This document shows, piece by piece, positions 36,801 to 41,895 of a stretch of 41,895 nucleotides of DNA; position 1 is the first letter of the stretch; every line of letters begins with the position of its first letter. The stretch lies in NCBI RefSeq assembly GCF_001194135.2, contig NC_069006.1, forward strand, positions 21,852,408-21,894,302, written 5' to 3'. This DNA is from Octopus bimaculoides (Eukaryota). Position numbers and translations under genes: made by a program. The notes below the pieces were generated by a model that had not been told where the DNA came from, searched no databases, and was given only the letters and a program-made list of their open reading frames with translations.

Positions 36801-37221
36801 GTTTTATTTATTTTTTTCTGCTACAAACCAAAAGACATGATGCAATCCTCTTAAATATTTGATAAAAGCTAAGAAACAACACTATCTTGTTACCATCTAG
36901 AGTCACTGTTCTAGTTGTTGTTGCTGCTGCTGCTATTGTTGTTGTAACTGTTACAGTCTTCTTGTGTCTATTGTCATCAATGTTAACATTGCTGCCTCTT
37001 CTCTGTTGTGGCCATTGTTGTTGTTGTTGCTGTTACTGTAACTATTCTCATTATCATTACTGTTTACACCTCTATGTTCTATATAACACTGTTATTGATG
37101 CTCTTATTGTTGTCAGTATTTCTGTGAGTGTTGTTGACCAAGTTGTTCTGGCGTTATTGCTATTGTTTGCTGTTTCTCTCAGTCTTATTATTATTATTAT
37201 AATTACTGTTGTTATCAAAAC

Positions 37222-37525
37222 AGTGAACTGGCAGAACTGTTAGCACACTGCTTATGTCCAGAGTTCCGTTTCCACCAAGGTTGACTTTGCCTTTCCTCCT
37301 TTCGGGGTTCATGAAGTAAATTTTGGTTTCAAATTTTGGTGTAAGACCAGCAAGTTTGGGGAAGGTGGGTGGGGGAGTGGGGGGAAAATCGATTACATCA
37401 ACCCCAGTGTTTGAACTGGCACTTATTTTAATGATCTTGAAAGGATGAAGGCAAATTTGATCTTGCTGGAATTAGAACTCAGAATGTAAAGAGATATAGA
37501 ATGCTGCTAAGCATTTTGCCTGATG
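37222..37525. mobile_element. Two family B SINE copies in inverted orientation (37222-37320 +, 37325-37525 -)
   Basis: Plus-strand gactttgcctttcctcctttcgggg faces gaaaggatgaaggcaaatttgatc about 130 bp downstream. Confidence 0.75.
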
Positions 37526-37814
37526 AACCTGGGTTCTCATTCCTAAGGTATTTTTTTTTTTTTGTTGTTATTATTATTATTATTATTATTTTCATTATTA
37601 TTATTATTATTCAGGTCACTGCCTGGAATCGAACTTGGAATCTTGTATTTGGTTGTTCATCCATTCAATTTCCCTTAAGTCAATTTCACATAAAATGAGA
37701 TTATGACCTGAGATTATGACATAACCTGAGATTATGACAAAAGACAATAGTTCAAGAGGTCACACACTCGGATTGAACATAAGGCTCAATGTAAAGCAAA
37801 CTTTTTAATAATTT

Positions 37815-37963
37815 GACCATAAGAAGGTCACTTTGCAACCATGTGGGTATGGGTTCAGTTCCTCTGTATGGCATCTTGAACAAGTGTCTTCTACTGTAGC
37901 CTCAGGCTGACCATTGCTTTGTGAATTAATTTGGCAGATGGAAACTGTGTGGAAGCCCATCAA

Positions 37964-38002
<39 letters not shown>

Positions 38003-38240
38003 CATACACACACACATATACATACATGTGTTGTGTGTGTGAGTGTGTGTATTCTTGTCTAGACATCATGTAATGGTTGTAAACAAGCATCCGTCTTACA
38101 AGCGAGGTTGTTAACATTTCTAGTGTAACAGGCACTAGTTAGCAACAGGAAGGATATCCAGCAGCAGTAAATCTGCCCTAACAAATTATCTGGCCCATGC
38201 AGGAATGGAGAAGTGGACTTTATAAATGATAATAATAATG
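37815..38240 (+). mobile_element. Chimeric SINE: family A head, CORE-like segment and microsatellite, followed by an RTE-type tail
   Basis: ggttcagttcc...aacaagtgtcttctactgtagcc...ggaaactgtgtggaagccc, then a TA/CA tract, then ctagacatc...caggaaggatatccagc...cccatgcaggaatgga...aaatgataataat. The family A 3' half is absent. Confidence 0.7.
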
Positions 38241-38257
38241 ACAGATAAATGTATGTA

Positions 38258-38291
<34 letters not shown>

Positions 38292-38339
38292 CATACACAC
38301 ACATACATACATACACGTACATATGTACAAATAGGCACG

Positions 38340-38376
<37 letters not shown>

Positions 38377-38749
38377 ATACACGCATATGCCAATATCTTG
38401 ATTAAAAATTACTAAAAAACTAGAGAAGTACAAAACTACAAAAGTAATAATCAACAGCAAAAAAATCTGCAAAAGCTACATATAATTAAATACTTAAATG
38501 TATAGGAGTGTATGTATGCATGTATGTATGTATGTACGTACATGTGTGTGTGTGCGTGCGTGTATGTATAAATACACACACAAGTAATCTATCATTAAAT
38601 ATGTTGTTTTGTAGTCATATGGGCACAACATTTATTACTGTTCTAATACTGCACCATTGCAGAAGGAAGCATAATCAATAAATTGGATACACAAAACAAA
38701 TTAGAAGCCATAAATAACTATGTATGAATACCAACAATATATATGTTTG

Positions 38750-38863
<114 letters not shown>

Positions 38864-39251
38864 CACATACATTCAAAGGAACGTACAAACCATAATGTAA
38901 ATAAAATATAATTGTACTAAGAAAACACTTAGACATGACTGCAAGATTCACGTAAGATCAATAGACTTACATTCATCAGATGTGCAAGTTTTGGACTTCA
39001 TTTTGAAGTTGGTTGTTGAGGAAGCTCTGTGAGCAAAGCGTTTGGGGGAAATAAATAGCAGATTCACGAAGTGCCCTCTGGATGGCTGTTCATACAAAGG
39101 GATGTAACTATCTCCCCACAACAGGAGGCAGGATTAGAAATTTGAATTTGAAATCAATGAATATGAAAAGGATATGAAGAGTTTACACACACATACACAC
39201 ACACACACGTGTTAAAGTTTGCTTTTATGTTTAGTTATAATAAATACAAGT

Positions 39252-40143
39252 ATGTGAATACCCGTCAGAGTGTAAGTATCTTGAGAGAAAAGCTGAACAT
39301 TAGAAGCATCAGTTGTGGTGTGCAAGAGAGACGATTGCGCTGGTATGGACATGTGGTGAGAATGGATGAGGATAGCTGCGTGAAAAAGTGCCACACCCTA
39401 ACAGTTGAGGGAACCCGTGGAAGAGGTAGGCCCAGGAAGACCTGGGCTGAGGTGGTGAGGCAAGACCTTCGTACATTGGGCCTCACTGAGGCGATGACTA
39501 CTGACCGAGACCTTTGGAAATGTGCTGTGCGTGAGAAGACCCGGCAAGCCAAGTAAGATCGTTGCCAGTGCCCCTGGACTGGTTCTTGTGCGGGTGGCAC
39601 ATGAGATGCACCATTTTGAGCGTGGCCGTTGCCAGTACCGCCTGACTGGCTCCTGTAGGATTTTCGAGCGAGATCGTTGCCAGTGCCCCTGGACTGGCTT
39701 GNNNNNNNNNNNNNNNNNNNNNNNNNNNNNNNNNNNNNNNNNNNNNNNNNNNNNNNNNNNNNNNNNNNNNNNNNNNNNNNNNNNNNNNNNNNNNNNNNNN
39801 NNNNNNNNNNNNNNNNNNNNNNNNNNNNNNNNNNNNNNNNNNNNNNNNNNNNNNNNNNNNNNNNNNNNNNNNNNNNNNNNNNNNNNNNNNNNNNNNNNNN
39901 NNNNNNNGGCACATAAAAGACACCATTTCGAGCGTGGCCGTTTTCGTGCTGGTGACACGTAAAAGCACCCACTACACTCTCTGAGTGGTTGGCGTTAGGA
40001 AGGGCATCCAGCTGTAGAAACTCTGCCAAATTAGATTGGAGCCTGGTGTTGCCCTCCGGTTTCACCAGTCCTCAGTCAAATCGTCCAACTCATGCTAGCA
40101 TGGAAAGCGGACGTTAAACGATGATGATGATGATGATGATGAT
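39252..40143 (+). mobile_element. 5'-truncated young RTE-clade LINE with ORF C-terminus, modular 3' UTR and (GAT)8 tail
   Basis: Only 2 substitutions versus 23197-23512 over about 316 bp. Stop at 39554-39556. The 3' UTR has repeated modules, an internal gap and a terminal hairpin. No target-site duplication is visible. Confidence 0.95.
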
Positions 40144-40427
40144 ATTAATTTGTGAGGTTACTTTATAATATTGTAAAGTACAAATTTAAAAGAAATCATC
40201 AGTGACTTTGTAGTTTTGGCTAGTCCGATGATGGCTTAACTGGGTGAGACTTTGAAGTCACTGTCAACAATATTCTTGTTTAAGTATAATAGATAAATAA
40301 ATAAATAATTATTATTAAGTGTTAATAACATAAGGGCAATGATTCTTGGCAGTTCATTGAGTAGGGTGGGGCTATTTTTCATTAGCTCTTAACCCGAAGT
40401 CACTGTCTCTATTCTATTAACATATCT

Positions 40428-40640
40428 TTAACCCTTCAGTATTTAAACTAGCCATATCAAGCTAAAATATTCTACCTGTTTTATGTTCAAACCAGCCAAA
40501 TCTGGCCTCTCACACCTAGACTACAATGTCTAAAAATAAAACAATCATATCATCAATGATTTGAAATCTCATAATTAATTCAAAACAATGTGAACAAAGT
40601 CATTCTAAAAATAAACAATCACATCATTTAAATCTAAAGG
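40428..40640 (-). mobile_element. piggyBac-type MITE copy with an internal duplication and a decayed far end
   Basis: Begins TTAA|CCCTTCAGTATTTAAAC, and the body aligns with the reverse complement of 12422-12640. tctaaaaataa(a)acaatca(t/c)atcat is present twice. Confidence 0.75.
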
Positions 40641-40696
40641 TTTCATTTTTTCTTTTTGAGGGGGCGGGGCTCCTTCAGTCAGAGCTCACCATGGTT

Positions 40697-40726
40697 AGTA
40701 TCCTTGCTGTTTTCAGCAAGGATACT
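40697..40726. other. Perfect 13-bp stem hairpin with a TTTT loop
   Basis: AGTATCCTTGCTG-TTTT-CAGCAAGGATACT. Confidence 0.9.
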
Positions 40727-40949
40727 GGCTCTGATGTCAAAATCATGTGATTTGTGGAAACATATGTAGCAATGTATTGGATATTTATAAATTTCATCCT
40801 AGAATTATTGTTGTTGTTATTATTATTGTGTGTGTGTGTCTGTGAGAGTATATATGTATGTATGTATGCATGCATGTATGTATGTATATACATATATGTA
40901 TATGTGTGTGTGAATACACATATGTATGTGTGTGATTATGTGTACTTTA

Positions 40950-41107
40950 TCTAGACATCCATACAAGCAAGGCTGTTCATTTCTAGTCTTCTGTGGAAAA
41001 TATGTCAGGCCATGGGGAAATATTACCTTGCTTGGTAACAGATGAAAAAATCTGTGTCACGAAATTTTGACTGACCCATGCAAGTATGGAAATGTGGACA
41101 ATAAACG

Positions 41108-41108
<1 letters not shown>
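40950..41108 (+). mobile_element. RTE-type tail element (third subfamily), followed by (CA)n
   Basis: ctagacatc...acaagcaaggctgttcatttctagt is shared with 38070-38130. It ends ctgacccatgcaagtatggaaatgtggacaataaacgat. Confidence 0.7.
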
Positions 41109-41147
<39 letters not shown>

Positions 41148-41548
41148 TCTTTATGATGAAAGGGAGGACATCCTGGACTAAAGTCGATTCAATTCCAGAA
41201 GAACATCAGTAGCAGGTAATTGGTAAACATGTGTAAGAAGTCTATTCATTCTATGAAATTCTTCAATTTATGCAATGCAAAAACAATCTGACACAAAGGA
41301 GGTCCAATTTCATGAATATACAAATAGATGTGGTCAGTGTATAGAGCAGTCTTATAATGGAGAAAAAATAATTTAGTGAGAGAGGCCTAGAAAACGTATA
41401 ATATAGAAGAAAATAAATTTGTATGAACACATAAACATAATAATTAATCTCTATTGATTGTAGTGAGACCTCTAAATTTGTAACATGATACACAATATAT
41501 ACGCTTGAAATTTATGCATTGTTTATAGTAGTTTACAGCAGGATGGAT

Positions 41549-41583
<35 letters not shown>

Positions 41584-41732
41584 AACACACATACACACAT
41601 ACATACATACACACATACATACATACATAGAGAGATAGAGAGAGAAAGATCACAGCTGTCTGACAAATGTTAATGTGAAAATCTATGTAACAGTTTGTGA
41701 AGTTTTTGGAGCTGTAATAAAAAGGGCATATA

Positions 41733-41811
41733 CCCCTTCAGGTAGATGGCCCTGCTGAATCTGTAGAAACGATGTAGGTAGAAACTCTATAAGATGCACC
41801 CAGTGTAAGCT
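41733..41811 (+). pseudogene. Internal RTE LINE fragment encoding a Cys-rich (PHD-like) segment
   Basis: The frame from 41735 reads PSGRWPC*ICRNDVGRNSIRCTQCKL, which resembles the CxxC...GVG.NSI.C..C motif found after the RT domain in many RTE elements. One in-frame stop. Confidence 0.7.
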
Positions 41812-41895
41812 TTGTCTGTGTCGCCAGATCCGGTTTCATAATCGGGTCAGAAACGAATCTTTTAACCACCTTTTTCTGCTCCCTGTCAACTGAGG

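Noticed and set aside
39265-40065. Minus-strand ORFs of 146-266 aa over the RTE element
   Set aside because: They are antisense or alternative frames of the LINE and cross an N-gap. The sense frame has the recognisable RTE motifs.

Overview
Eukaryotic, AT-rich, microsatellite-saturated DNA from a gapped short-read assembly (8 N-gaps, most flanked by simple repeats). The repeat families and the density of simple repeats point to an octopod cephalopod, probably Octopus sp.; this is inferred from pattern recognition, not from a database search. No host protein-coding gene can be supported. Almost all listed ORFs are translations of microsatellites or N-gaps. The recognisable coding sequence is all transposon-derived: two nearly identical 5'-truncated RTE-clade LINE ends (23171-23512 and 39252-40143), an RTE Cys-rich internal fragment (41733-41811) and a decayed mariner transposase (about 13680-14105). 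The rest is a mosaic of at least three tRNA-headed SINE families (CORE-like, Nin/Deu-like and V/Meta-like central domains), about 12 older RTE-type 3' tails ending in a CCATG-NNNN-CATGG hairpin plus (GAT)n, TTAA-flanked piggyBac-type MITEs and hAT/Charlie-type MITEs. The most unusual items are a hierarchical composite satellite with GAAA-tetraloop hairpins (26045-26690), degenerate Penelope-type hammerhead ribozyme motifs, an inverted 290-bp copy sitting against a MITE end, a 51-bp imperfect inverted repeat, and extensive module sharing between SINE and LINE 3' ends. I found no clearly new multi-gene system.
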